Shown piece after piece: positions 30,451 through 44,097 of a stretch of 64,000 nt of DNA; the first letter of the stretch is position 1; each line of letters opens with the position of its first letter. The translations under genes and the position numbers were made by a program. The stretch comes from Chrysomallon squamiferum. Taxonomy: Eukaryota > Animalia > Mollusca. Location of the stretch: assembly GCA_012295275.1 (NCBI GenBank), contig CM022675.1, positions 9,734,001 to 9,798,000 of the forward strand. The letters run 5' to 3'. Below the pieces are notes generated by a model. The model was not told the origin of the DNA. It made no database searches and saw only the letters and a list, made by a program, of their open reading frames with translations.

Positions 30451-31720
30451 TACACACACAATATAGACAGACTGAGAATTATTAGATTTAAAAAAATTCT
30501 AGAATACAACACGAAGATGGATTATGGAAGGATTTACAGACTATTTTACGATATTAAAACTGAAAACCATTGACGTCATCAGTTTATTTTTAGCTCCGAT
30601 CACACGACGAAGAAGAAAAGAAATGGCGACGAAAAGAAAGAAAAATAAGATGAAAAAAGTGAGAAAAAAAACTCGATGCTATAGTAATTTAACTACACAG
30701 AATTTATAATACATGTATTTTTTTATATCTTTCTTTTATTATCTTCCTTTTTCTTTCTTTCTTTCGTTTTTTTTTTTTTCTATTTTCATTTCTTTCTTTC
30801 TTTTCATTTCTTGTGCTATCTTCTTGTTATTTTTTTTTTCAATCTATTCTGGACATCATTGACACATTTATTAAATAACATGCACCACCACGACAGCGGT
30901 CATTACCATCACGTCGTCATTAGTACATCATCAACAACTGCAGCTATCATGCAAAAAAAATTAACTGTCGTTTTCGCTTGTCGCGCTGGCTGTACAAACC
31001 GTTTAATAACAATGACAACGACAATTACCGTTTGACTACAACAACAACATTAATAATAATGATGACAGTAATAATAATATCAATAATAACGACGTCAACG
31101 ACAGCAACAACAGCAGCAGCAATAACAAAATGGTAATAAAAATAGTCATAGTTAATAAAAAATTAAAACAAACGTAATATATGTGAAATAATAACAACAG
31201 TTTACAACAAAAACAACAACAAAACAAGAAACCATGAATAATATCAAAAAGATCAAAAAAAGAAAAGAAAGAAAAAAAAAAGAAGATTCCAGACAAACAA
31301 ACAACAAAATAAATAAAAGGTTAAAAAAAAAAATTAAATAAATACATAAGTGAATGAATAAAGAATGACAAAACTGTTATTTTAAATTAAAAAAAAAGAA
31401 AAAAAAGAAAAAGAATAAATCACAAACATAAATCAGTCAATAACAGCAAGTAATAAAACAAAATAAAATAAAATAAAAATCCATCACTTGATAAAAGACT
31501 GTTTTATCACTGGAAATAAATAATTTATCTTTCCGCGAGTCCTTTTAACTTAATTCTTTCTTTATTCCGCTAAACTTTGTTCAAACTGAGTACCGATCTA
31601 ACGGCTTTAGCGAGCTAAAAATAGATTAAGAATGTCGTAAATTATTGCGTTGAATTCGTGAAAGTACAGAATTTACAACTATCCTAAATGTGTGTGAGTG
31701 CGTGTGCGTGTGCGTGTGCG

Positions 31721-31753
<33 letters not shown>

Positions 31754-32022
31754 GTTGGCGGAACTGGAGGCGGCAAAAAGAAATGGGGGAGAGTGATTGA
31801 TAAGAAGAAGGACCATTTTCTTTTCTTTTTTGTTTTGTTTTTGTTTGTTTTGTTTGTTTGTTTGTTTGATTGGATTGTCGTTGTTGTTGTTGTCGTTGTT
31901 ATTCTTATTATTGCTTTTGTGCTATATTTGTCGTTGCTGCTGCTGTTAACGTCGTCGTTGTTTGTTGTTATTATTATTATTTACTAATTTTGGTTTTAAA
32001 GCTAATTTTAAGACCATTTGGA

Positions 32023-32103
<81 letters not shown>

Positions 32104-32302
32104 AAAAAAAATACTGTCATTTTTTGTTTACCATAAAATAATTCTTTACGTTTCTACAAATTAATACTAACTCTTTAATTAAATTAATTAAGAACAAAAG
32201 GAATGAAAAAAATGATTTGACAATAATTATGTCCGCACATTTTAATATTAACGGTAATTGTTTTTCGTCATCAGTTCACCATCCTCTCTAATAATAAAAA
32301 GA

Positions 32303-32351
<49 letters not shown>

Positions 32352-32499
32352 TAATAAATAACAATAATAATAAAAATGAAATAATAATATATTTATATAA
32401 ATAAATAAATAAATAAATATTTGCACCTTCTCATATTTAGGGATTTTTTAGAAAATACTCCGAGCATTAGTTGGATCGAGAAAAATACCAAACTACTCT

Positions 32500-33700
32500 A
32501 CTGAATAAAACTGATAACGTTTTATCTCGTTTATACCGTGTAGAAGATTCGATCCCTCGATGTTACGTTTTACTACTCGCAACAACGTCGCCAGCGTAGT
32601 CCAAACCCGCGCCGGTACATTCTGCTTTAATACTAAAAAAAAAAAAAATTAAAAAAAAAAAAAATTTACAAAGGAGGAGGATCATCATCAGCAAGGGAAA
32701 TAACTCAAAATTCAAAAAAACACACGTCATCACTCGGGAGATTCGAACCCACGTCCTGTCGCACCTCGTTCTCGCGCCCCGCTTTCCGGTCGAACCGGAG
32801 ATAAAATTAGCGTTTGTAGATTGCTCGGCGTTCTTCGTAGACGATGTATTATTGATCACACTGAACGACAACGCTGCAAGAGACCCACTCGAAGTCTCAC
32901 AGTCTCTCGCTTCGCATCGTCGTTGACAACACGCCAGCGTGCTGTGTGTCAGTTACTTGTCGCAAAAACGTGCGTGCAGAAAACGTCGTTAAAACGAGCG
33001 GAGACTCGGATGTTTACGTAAGAAGATTTACCAGTCGACTTGCGTACGCAAGAAATTACATTTGTTTAGCGCGAGGCTGTGAAGAACAATACCTTGATGA
33101 CAGAACGAATATGCAGTTGATGACAGAACGAATATGCAGTTGATGACAGAACGAATATGAAGTTGATGACAGAACGAATATGCAGTTGATGACAGAAAGA
33201 AAATATACAGTTGATGATGAAAGACTGAGATGATGAAAGATTGAATATATATAAATTTTTAAAAAAAAGAACTACGGATTTCATTTTTGTTCAGCAGCAG
33301 CAGTCACAACGTCAGCGTAATTTGTTGAAGATGACTGATTGAACGACGTCCGGGTGACTAACGTATCTTATGGCTTATTCGTGTTACGACGTCGTCGTCG
33401 TATTAAACAGCGATTAAACACCGGAACTGACACGACGTCAGTAGTGCGAAACACAAGGTAGTAAATAATTGCAACTCGTTCATCAGGTGCGCACATCAAC
33501 GTCGTCAACGCCAGTGTGAATGTGGACTTATATATATATATATATATTTATTTATTTTTCAATTTGTGATACGACCACATCTTAGACGGGGAAGAATTAT
33601 AAGGAACAACGACGTTTCCACAGGCACAACGTCATGACATCATTTCAAAAAGGTAACATCAGCATTTACGGCAGTTTTTGTAATGTTCATTATTAACACA
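32500..33700. promoter_or_regulatory. CpG-rich island; candidate promoter or non-coding first exon for the downstream membrane-protein gene
   Basis: Locally high GC and CpG density, a D-box TTACGTAA at 33014, and a possible + strand donor (AC|GTAAGA) at 33018. The first coding exon at 39660 starts with an acceptor, so an upstream exon is expected. The link between the two is inference. Confidence 0.35.
33094..33210. repeat. 23-bp minisatellite x5 (TTGATGACAGAACGAATATGCAG)
   Basis: Copies start at 33094, 33117, 33140 and 33163, with a degenerate fifth at 33186. Confidence 0.95.
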
Positions 33701-33816
33701 GTCTTCAGTCTAGGTTTAATTATTATTGTTGTTGTTGTTGTTGCTGTTGTTGTTGTTGTTCTTCTTCTTCTTCTTCTTGTATTGATATTATTACTATTAC
33801 TATTGGTATTGTTTTA

Positions 33817-33860
<44 letters not shown>

Positions 33861-33875
33861 GTTGTCATTGTTGTT

Positions 33876-33908
<33 letters not shown>

Positions 33909-34239
33909 GCTGCTGCTGTTGCTGCTATAACTACCACTATAATTTTATTAAACATTCAAACGACGTCGTAACTTAACGATGTATGCTTCTTCTTTTATGA
34001 CAACGACGACGTTGTATCTTTAAAAATCATTATATCCGAGTGATTTAGGCTTATTTTCGACGCGATAAATAGATTTTTGATAAATAGCGATAAGGCATTT
34101 TAAAAGAAAATAAAGTGATTTCTTTTCCTGTTTCTAATAAGTTCGTTTCAAAGAAAGAGCTAAATATATTATTTATTATTTCTCTGTTAAACAGAGTGTA
34201 GTATACGTTTTTACGGTATGAACTAAGAAGAAAAACAAT

Positions 34240-34560
34240 GTAGTGTGTGACGTCATAAGCTTAGTAATGTGACGTCATGAGAAATTTACTGTTCAGATCT
34301 TATTAACAGACTGTAGTACAACAATTTATATACAAAGACGCTATAACAATGCTATTTATGACGTCATAAATATAGTAATATGATGTCATAAGAAACATAA
34401 TAACTTTAATACAAAATACCGTATTATTTTTATTATTATTATTATTATAAAGAATAAACGTTTACAACGTCACAGAAATAATAACTTTAATGTGTAATAA
34501 CTTTACGTACGACATCACAAAAAACAGTATGATGTCATAAATCGCAGCAGTGACGAAAGA
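34240..34560. promoter_or_regulatory. Cluster of CRE/ATF palindromes within a degenerate repeat
   Basis: Perfect TGACGTCA at 34248, 34270 and 34359, plus TGATGTCA variants at 34381 and ~34530. Confidence 0.45.
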
Positions 34561-35654
34561 AATAATGTAATAATTTACATATGGCTGTATCATCGAGAAC
34601 TGTAATTTTTACTGTTTTACAGTGTTATTGAAACAGAAGTAGGCTTACACGTAAACTGACATTAAAACCAAAGCGTAGGCCTGAAGAAAATTAATGTCTT
34701 CTGCTGAGAAAAAAAAAAAATTAACTCTAATACTCTAAGTTATGTGTGAACGTTAGAGTATAACGAAAGAAAGGAAAAGAACGATAAGATGACAAAAAGA
34801 AAATAATTACAACAGCAGCAGATTCACCTACATTCTCATCATCATCATCATCAACAACAATAACAAATAATAATAATAATAATAATAATAACATCAACAA
34901 AAATAATAAACGTAGCAACAACAACAATAATAACCATAACAACAATAACAACAACAACAACAACAATAACACAATAATAAAATCAAGAACAAAACAAAAA
35001 ATAACAGAGGGGGGAAAGAATATTAAAAACAAAAACAAATGAACGAATGAACAAATAAGGTCACTGACCAAATCCTTATTATCCACGCTTTACAAGTCCG
35101 CTATAGAACTTAAAAATACTTTAATTAACAAAGTAAAACTATGTTGTGCATGTATCGTGAACTGTCAAGTCTTAATGTAATTAGTAGCGCAAGAAAACAG
35201 TGTAATACAGTGCAGTGACATCGGTTGAAAATAACAATGAATGTAAAATATATTGTATAGGTAACGTAATACGTGTAGAGTATTTATAGATATTACACAC
35301 GCTGATGAACGACAAAGAACGGGATGCTTCGTGGGAAATGTTAATTACCCTCGGTTAGTGAGTGAAACGGTTTTTTTTTGGTTTTTTTTTAAAAGTTTGT
35401 CTTGATGGTCGAAGATTGTTGTGTTGTCGTCTGCTTTCGGAGTGCGGGCGAATTGGTGCCAGGTGTACGTGTCTCCTAGTGACGTCGTGTCTGGATTTTT
35501 CCCTCCAGTTTACGAATATCGTCTGCGTGCAGAGTCTAAAGCAGACTGTTCGTTCGTTAGGTATACAGATATACAGACGTACATACATGTACAAATACCC
35601 GTATCCATTCTTACTTTTTCTTTATTTGTGTGTGTGTGTGTGTATATATATATA

Positions 35655-36024
35655 CAGTGGTATCTTGACTTACGAGTTTAATTCGTTCCGTGACCGAGCT
35701 CGTAACTCAAATTTGCTCGTATATCAAATCAATTTTGCCAAATGAAATTAACTGAAATACCATTAATCCGTTCCAGCCCCCCAAAACACCCTAGTTTTTT
35801 GTAACGTGCTTTTAAATAAGAAAAATGTATTTATAAATGACATATATTGTATAAAAAAACAAAATAAAAGAGAATGTAAAGAAATAAATTGGTTTTGTAA
35901 AGTTAACAGCCTCGCTCGTAACTCTGATTTTGGCTCGCAACTCAAAGCGTACAAATCGTCCGGGCGACTGCTCGTAACGCGGAAAACTCTTAAGTTAGAG
36001 CACTCGTAAGTCGCGTTACCACTG
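35655..36024. mobile_element. Non-autonomous pogo/Tigger-like (Tc1/mariner superfamily) MITE, 370 bp
   Basis: 23-bp TIRs: CAGTGGTATCTTGACTTACGAGT versus the reverse complement of the right end, CAGTGGTAACGCGACTTACGAGT (20/23 identical). Preceded by TA inside a TA/TG microsatellite. No ORF. Confidence 0.8.
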
Positions 36025-36247
36025 TGTGTGTGTGTGTGTTTGTGTGTGTATATATATATATACACATATACACACACATGTAGTATTAATGAATGAATAA
36101 TAATATAATAAAATTAACAAATCGACATATTTTCTTTTTATAAATTATTTCCCCTATTTTATTCCTTTTTTTTTTCCTTCTCAAAATGTTCTCCCTTTCC
36201 TAAAGAAACATATACGTCTGTTTCTCTATCTCTGCCTTTCTCTGCTA

Positions 36248-36280
<33 letters not shown>

Positions 36281-36585
36281 GACTCATAAAAAAGCAACAA
36301 CAAAATAAACCCCGCTACATCAAAGAGAATGAAATAATCGCGTTATATAACGATTATCGATAATCGATATGTATGACTGACACCTCGACGTGAATCTTTT
36401 GTCATAATCTATTTAACAAGTCTATTATCGCTGTCACAAAGAGGCATTGGTCGATACTTGTTATCGCTAATCGTTTTCTTAATATAATTATCTCCTCGCT
36501 CGTTATATTTTTTTTCTTGTAGTTGTTGTCTCGTTTTATTCCAGGTGTTAAATAATTTTGAAGAAAAAATAAAAAGAATAGCGGC

Positions 36586-36679
<94 letters not shown>

Positions 36680-36872
36680 GTGCCTAGAGATACAGACATG
36701 TAAGAGAAAAAAAGGGAAAAATAAAATAGAGGGAGACAGATACTTACAAGAGATAGAGAGAGAGGCATGAGAGAAAGAGACAAACAGAAAAAAGAAAGAT
36801 AGAAAAGGAAAGAGAGAAAGAAAAAGACAATGAGAGAAACTTGGACAGAACAAGGGAAAGATTTTAACGGTC

Positions 36873-36949
<77 letters not shown>

Positions 36950-37064
36950 TGGATGGATTGCGTGACCGGATGAAAAAATGGATGAACTGATGGATTGTTA
37001 TGGATGGATATTTCGATGGATCAAAAGATAGATGGGTTGATAGATATATACACACACACATACC

Positions 37065-37116
<52 letters not shown>

Positions 37117-37634
37117 CATTCATAGATATAATCAAAATATATAAAAACATACATACATATACATATATATATAAAACCCACGTGTCTCCAACCATACTCT
37201 TATAGATACATTTACATTCATAAATGTGTATATGTAAGCGAGTGTGTGTGTGTTTGTTGTGCGCATGCATTTTATATCAACGGTTCACAGATTTCATGCA
37301 AAATGGCCCAGCTTTTCATTTTAAAAATACGTTACAGAACTTGCGAGAATTTCGTTTTATTATAGTTCACTCGATATTCTAAGTGTCTATAATCTCAGTC
37401 AACATCAAAAGACATGGAACTGCAAATCGATGCATGCTTACTAACGAAAATTATTAGCTGGACAATTACGTGAAACACAAACAAAATGTCGCGCTCAATC
37501 GTTACTCTGAGTGGGTTACCGTACACCAAATCAATTCTCTCTGACGACGATGTTAAAGGTTTCACGTTTCACTGTGATTTAGGTTTATTTTGTGTTTATT
37601 TCTTTTCAAATACTTCCTTCTTGTTTTGTTTATT

Positions 37635-37674
<40 letters not shown>

Positions 37675-37765
37675 TCTCTCTTTCAATATTTCTGTTTGTC
37701 TCAATGTAAATTTGTTAATCTCTCTGTCTATCTGTCTCTGTCTGTCTGTTGTCTGTCTGTCTCTC

Positions 37766-37857
<92 letters not shown>

Positions 37858-37997
37858 ATCTCTACGTATGTATGTGTGTAGGTTGGTAGGTAAGGTATAT
37901 GTTGATGTGTGTGTGTATGTGAGAGAGATAAGGACAGACAGATAAAAAAAAGTGAAAATAAGAAATGAAAAGATAAATTAAAATTTAATTATTAGAC

Positions 37998-38028
<31 letters not shown>

Positions 38029-38091
38029 TATACAAATATGAAGGAAAGAAGAAAAATTATATTTATTATTTAATAAATATTAATAACAGAA

Positions 38092-38159
<68 letters not shown>

Positions 38160-38670
38160 TATATAGAAAACAAGAAAACAAAGAGCTGAAATAATAAAGA
38201 AAAAGAAAAAGACAAAAAACAAAAAAAAAAAACGTATTTCACTATCGATTTTATTTCAAGATGTACCTGGGGGAAATTTACACAAACACTGGACTATTTC
38301 TTTGGAAGCATTTGAAGGCGAGTCTGACAAAAACAGAAGGACATTTTTTTTTTTACAAACAAGTCATAAAAAGAAAGAAAGAAAAAAAAAAAAAAAAAGA
38401 AAGAACAAAAAGTTTTGCCACGGGCAACAATTTCAGTGCACGTGACTCTATATCAGCCACAGTAATTAATACAAGTCAATAACAATGTCTTTGATTCCAT
38501 TTTCTTATTCGTAAATATTGTCATCACTCTATTTCCCCCTCTCTTTCTCTCTCCCCCTCTGTCTCTGTGTTCATGTGTGTCTGTTTTGTGTATATTTACT
38601 TAATTAACTCCTTCTCTCTCTCTCATTGTTTCATTAACTCTTTTCCTTTCCCCCTCTCTGTCTCTCTCTC

Positions 38671-39075
<405 letters not shown>

Positions 39076-39341
39076 ACACACTTACACTCTCCCCCCCCAC
39101 CACCACAACGGAAATAATTAAACCACAGTCTTCAAGAACAAATGGATGTTGACTCACCTCTCCAGAACGACTTATTTCGAGCTACTGTCGAAGGTTTAAA
39201 ATAACTTTTCTTTTTGTCCGTTTCCACTAATAACAGTCTTATTAGTAAAACCTTCGACAGGATGAAAGCACTTTTCAAAGTGGTTTCAGACATGATAGAA
39301 AATTAATAAAATCACAAAATCCAACGTCTTGGAATTTTAGC

Positions 39342-39373
<32 letters not shown>

Positions 39374-39512
39374 TTTATTTTTTTATTTTATTTATTTTTT
39401 TATTTTTTTATTTTTAATTATTTGTTAGGAATTAATTTGGTTAATAAAAGATGGATGATTGTGTTGGAAAGACGTTAATAAAAATACTTAGTGCTATTTT
39501 TGCTGTTTATAT

Positions 39513-39575
<63 letters not shown>

Positions 39576-39747
39576 TTTAATGTGAATCTAACTTATAAGA
39601 CGAAAACTTCATCTATTTAATTACGAAATTTTAAACACTGCACGTTTTACCCGTTTCAGAAACGACCCAGACCAAACGTAAAAGAAAACTGCACCGCGAC
39701 GAAGAAACACGTCACGTGATCACCTGCGCGTGCAACTCGAGCGAAGA

Positions 39748-40000
39748 ATGAGGGCGTCTGACGACGACTCCATCGTAGTCATTTCCAGCCAGTTCGTAGA
39801 AGACGTGTTTGATGCCGAACATGTACCATGTGACCAGTTTGATCCAATCGACGACCGAACGCCGCTGAAAAAGGTGGAGCGAACGAAAACAGAAACGAAC
39901 GTCGCACGTGCAGTTGTCATAGTTACCATGACGTTGCTGGCGCTCAGCGTGCTGATGATTATGGTGTCGTTGACGATGTCGCATCATATTGATGATTTGG
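39748..40000 (+). CDS. Membrane protein coding exon 1 (exon begins at 39660)
   Basis: MRASDDDSIV...SHHIDDL; non-repetitive, relatively GC-rich, flanked by canonical splice sites. Confidence 0.75.
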
Positions 40001-40047
40001 GTAAGGTGACGGGAATAAAATGATTAATTTAGAGGCATACATTCACT

Positions 40048-40080
<33 letters not shown>

Positions 40081-40353
40081 CCAAATTTGTGTTTACACAT
40101 ACATTCACATTTACAAAATATATTTACGTTTACAAACACGCGTATCAAATAAATTCATATTTACAAATACACACACACGCACACACGCACACACACATAA
40201 TTTAAATTTATACATACTAAATTTAGCATTTACAAATACGAGTACCAAGTTTTGTATTTATAAATGCATTCACTTTTAGCGCTTAATATTTACATAAACT
40301 TAGATTCACGTTTACGAATTCGGTGTATCAAAAATAAATAAATAAATAAATAA

Positions 40354-40397
<44 letters not shown>

Positions 40398-40948
40398 TAA
40401 TAATAACTAAATAAGTAAATAAATAAATAAAATAGCATTATTTAACAGATAAAGAAGGTTTGGGCTTTAAATAAAAAAATTAAAAAAAAGAAAATTCGAT
40501 TATAAAAACAAACAATAACAACAACAACGACAACGCACAAAATACGACTATCTATTAAATTATTTTTATTCTTATATTAACGCTTTGCCATCTTTCGTAA
40601 CAGACTCGGTCATTTGAGACGTAAATTAATCAAATTTTACGTCTGCTAATGACGCTATTTTTAGAATGTAAGCAGACGAGATATGTCGTTAAAATATAAT
40701 GACATCCATTCGTTAATACGAACTTGTCAGCTGTATGATAGGTTTACAGCTAATCAATAAATATCATTCCAATACTGTCATTTATACATAAAGATTAATT
40801 TAAAGACGTAATGCGGAATTTTGTATATATATTAATAATTATTACTATCCAATTTTCTTTTAATGGGTTTGTTACATTGCCGATCATTATTTGTAATGCG
40901 TCGTTTAGACATTAAAACAAATTTAAAGGCATAGCATTCTTTTTGCAA

Positions 40949-40987
<39 letters not shown>

Positions 40988-41204
40988 TTGCTGTTAGTTA
41001 TTATTTGTAATAACGCCATTCAGATATTTAAAAATATTTAAAGGCACACTAATGCGTTTTAAATAATCGATTTTAAAAATGAATAACTGGTTATTCTAAT
41101 AATTACTGAATACCATTTGAGATATTGTCATTTATAGATTTAATAAATAAATAAATAAATATACTTATATTATTTCGTTTAGTATACCTGCTCAAATATA
41201 AACA

Positions 41205-41286
<82 letters not shown>

Positions 41287-41375
41287 AATAAATAAATAAA
41301 TAAATAGAATTAAAATTGCTTTTTAATATCTTGTGTATGTGTGCTGAAAATATATATTTTTGTTTATTTTTTTCC

Positions 41376-41421
<46 letters not shown>

Positions 41422-41776
41422 ACATCTTATGCACGAGAGAAAAAAAAAATGAAATTTATTTAAAAACAAATTTACAGAAAATGATAACAAATTAAACAAC
41501 TTAAAATACTGGAGTAACATGCACGTCCTTTTGTTTTCTTTCTTTCTTTTCTTTTCTCGAATTCTTTTCTTTCATTCGTTTTTTTAATTTTTAATTTTTT
41601 ATTATTATTATTATTTTTTTTTTTTTTTTTTTAACGAGACGACAGATGTCATTTCATGGTGCTAATGATCTGGCAGATCGAAACTTCCGGTCGATATTTA
41701 ACTGGGAAAAATGTTTTTATTACTGTCATTATTTCTATTATTACGGAAAATAAATTAATAATCTTCTGTTAGACCT

Positions 41777-41817
<41 letters not shown>

Positions 41818-41955
41818 GCCTTCTAAATAATAAATATAAAACATAAATTAAAATTAAAATTAAAATTAGAATCAAAATTAAAATTAAAACTAAAATTAAA
41901 ATTAAAATTAAAATTAAACAAACAAATAAGTGTAACAGTATTTTGGATCGTTTAC

Positions 41956-42000
<45 letters not shown>

Positions 42001-42283
42001 GACATAATACATAATATACATGTATGTATGTATATACGTGTATAAATATTTACGTACGTATGACAAGTTTACAAAGTAATTTCCATTACTGATCAGCGTG
42101 CATGTATGATTCTATATCTGCTACATAATTATTTATGCCTTGTTAAGTCTGCTGATTGGTTTGCAATATCTCAGCAGCCTTTTGTTTATTTTTACAGTTC
42201 GAGAAGCCAACAAAAATCTTTGGCAGACGACAGGGAAATTGAACCGTACTGAAACCATGACAACGGTGGACAAAGTGAGTTGA
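39748..42283 (+). CDS. Uncharacterised small single-pass (probably type II) membrane protein, 112 aa; join(39748..40000,42198..42283)
   Basis: Acceptor tttcag at 39659, in-frame stop at 39679, ATG at 39748. Acidic N-terminus and a hydrophobic helix AVVIVTMTLLALSVLMIMVSLTM. The phase-1 donor G|gtaagg at 40001 joins in frame to the acceptor ttttacag|42198, giving ...HHIDDL-V-REANKNLWQTTGKLNRTETMTTVDKVS*. Confidence 0.7.
42198..42283 (+). CDS. Membrane protein coding exon 2
   Basis: Polypyrimidine acceptor, phase matches the upstream exon, N-glycosylation sequon NRT, TGA at 42281-42283. Confidence 0.65.
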
Positions 42284-43283
42284 GTACAGGCTTGGTGTTA
42301 TGAAAGATTACGCCATTTCCATAAATGGTAAGTTTTCGATCAGAACGTGCGTTCGCGCGTGCAATGAATAATGCGTCTGAGGGCGAGCTTCAAGACACTT
42401 AAATATCGCAGTTTTGATAGCCATTTTAACGTGCATTCGTGCGTGCAGTATGGCGTGCCTACAGTACTTAACTCTGGCGCCATTACGTCGGATGTATAAA
42501 AAAAATAATTAAAAAAATAAAAACAAAAACAACAACAAAAGAAACATTATTGTTAAATGTCCCCTTTTCACTTGAGAAATGCCCCGGAACTCCAAATATT
42601 ATTTTTCGTTTTATTTTATTTTATTTTATTTTATTTTTTTGTTTTTGTTGAAAATACCCTTCAATTATTTGATTTAAAAATACCATGAAGTATTAAAATT
42701 CTCAAAATAAAGCTTTTCCGCCTACTGTTTTGACTCTGTCGGATAAAAGATTTACCGCTTGCGCCTGCGCATTAACCTCGACGCCATTTGTTTCCTGTTT
42801 AGCTGTTATCACGCAACGACAGTGTTCTTCAAGTAATTTTTTTACAAGCAAGATGGAAAGTAACTTTGTAATTTCTAGCTAAAAATGTCTGCCGTCTTCT
42901 ATAGCTTCCTATCAATCATGGCTTCTGATCCTGTTAGATTTTTTTCTTCCTAAACACCACAACTCTACGTACAAAATAAAAACTAAACATTAAAACCTCC
43001 TCTATAAACTGAAATGGATTGACGCTAAGCAGATCATTTTTATGTATGGCCTTGTTTTACAGTACATTGACTGTACGTCCATTGTTCTTTTATTTAAAAC
43101 AAAATAACAGCAAATAAATAAATTATACAGTGTGTGTGTGTGTGTGTGGTTTGGTGTGCCTAATTTTGAGAAATTTTATTTATTTATTTGTATATTTTCA
43201 TATTATTATTACTGGTCCTTGTTGTCGCATTAATTATTGCTGTTATTATTATTATCATAAATTTTAAAAGGGCATATATGTAC

Positions 43284-43314
<31 letters not shown>

Positions 43315-43744
43315 CACACATATGTACATACATATTTAAAGGTGAATGGGTGTCATACGTTCGAATCTCGTCAGTGTTATCTGACGGGGTTTGTGATGTC
43401 GTAATTGGACTTTGTCCTCCTGTGCCAGTGCGTTCCCGAATATTGTTTATGTGCAGAGTCAAATCAGACGTACATAAGACAACAGAATACTCGTTCCTAA
43501 ATACAGGTACATCTACCTAAATACATACATACAAATAATTACAAAATATTTAACCCATTTTTGCTAATAAAGAGAAACTCCGTTTTTCTCCGCCTTTCTC
43601 CTACAGTATAGTTATTACATCCATATGATTTATTTTTTTCCCCCGCTAACAAAATTCCCTTCACGTTTTCAGTCGATTATGTTATTTAATTATGTTAATA
43701 AGCTAAATTAACGTAGTTACTTGTTTTGTTTTTTTTTTCACCAG

Positions 43745-43807
43745 GTTACGATGACGTCATCAGCAAGAGCTCAAGTGCTTGAAAGAATTACGAAATGGAT
43801 CACGTAG
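43745..43807 (+). CDS. Membrane protein candidate terminal exon (alternative C-terminus VTMTSSARAQVLERITKWIT*, or 3' UTR exon)
   Basis: Strong acceptor (T-rich tract + caccag at 43744). It is in frame with the donor AAA|gtgagt at 42275 and non-coding if the donor at 42328 is used. Confidence 0.4.
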   Translation, partial: VTMTSSARAQVLERITKWIT

Positions 43808-43862
43808 ACTTGCTGCCTGTCACAAAGATAGATCAATAGAGCTCGTAAAAAAAAAAAAAAAA

Positions 43863-43896
<34 letters not shown>

Positions 43897-44065
43897 AAAA
43901 ATTAAAAAGAAAATTAAAAAAAAAAAAAAAAAAAAAGTGAAAGAAAAAGAAAAGAAAAGAATACAGAAACATCTTTTCGTAATAAATCATGATAAATGGC
44001 ATTAATCGTGCCAACATAAGATTATGTTTAAGAAACGAAACAGAAAGAATGATGAGATAAAAAAG

Positions 44066-44097
<32 letters not shown>

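Noticed and set aside
32714-32800. Intact tRNA gene
   Set aside because: Only a T-arm/B-box-like motif is present; no acceptor stem, D-arm or anticodon arm could be built.
33094-33240. 23-bp repeat as CRISPR or as C/D-box snoRNAs (TGATGA boxes)
   Set aside because: Head-to-tail units without spacers, and no properly spaced D box with a terminal stem.
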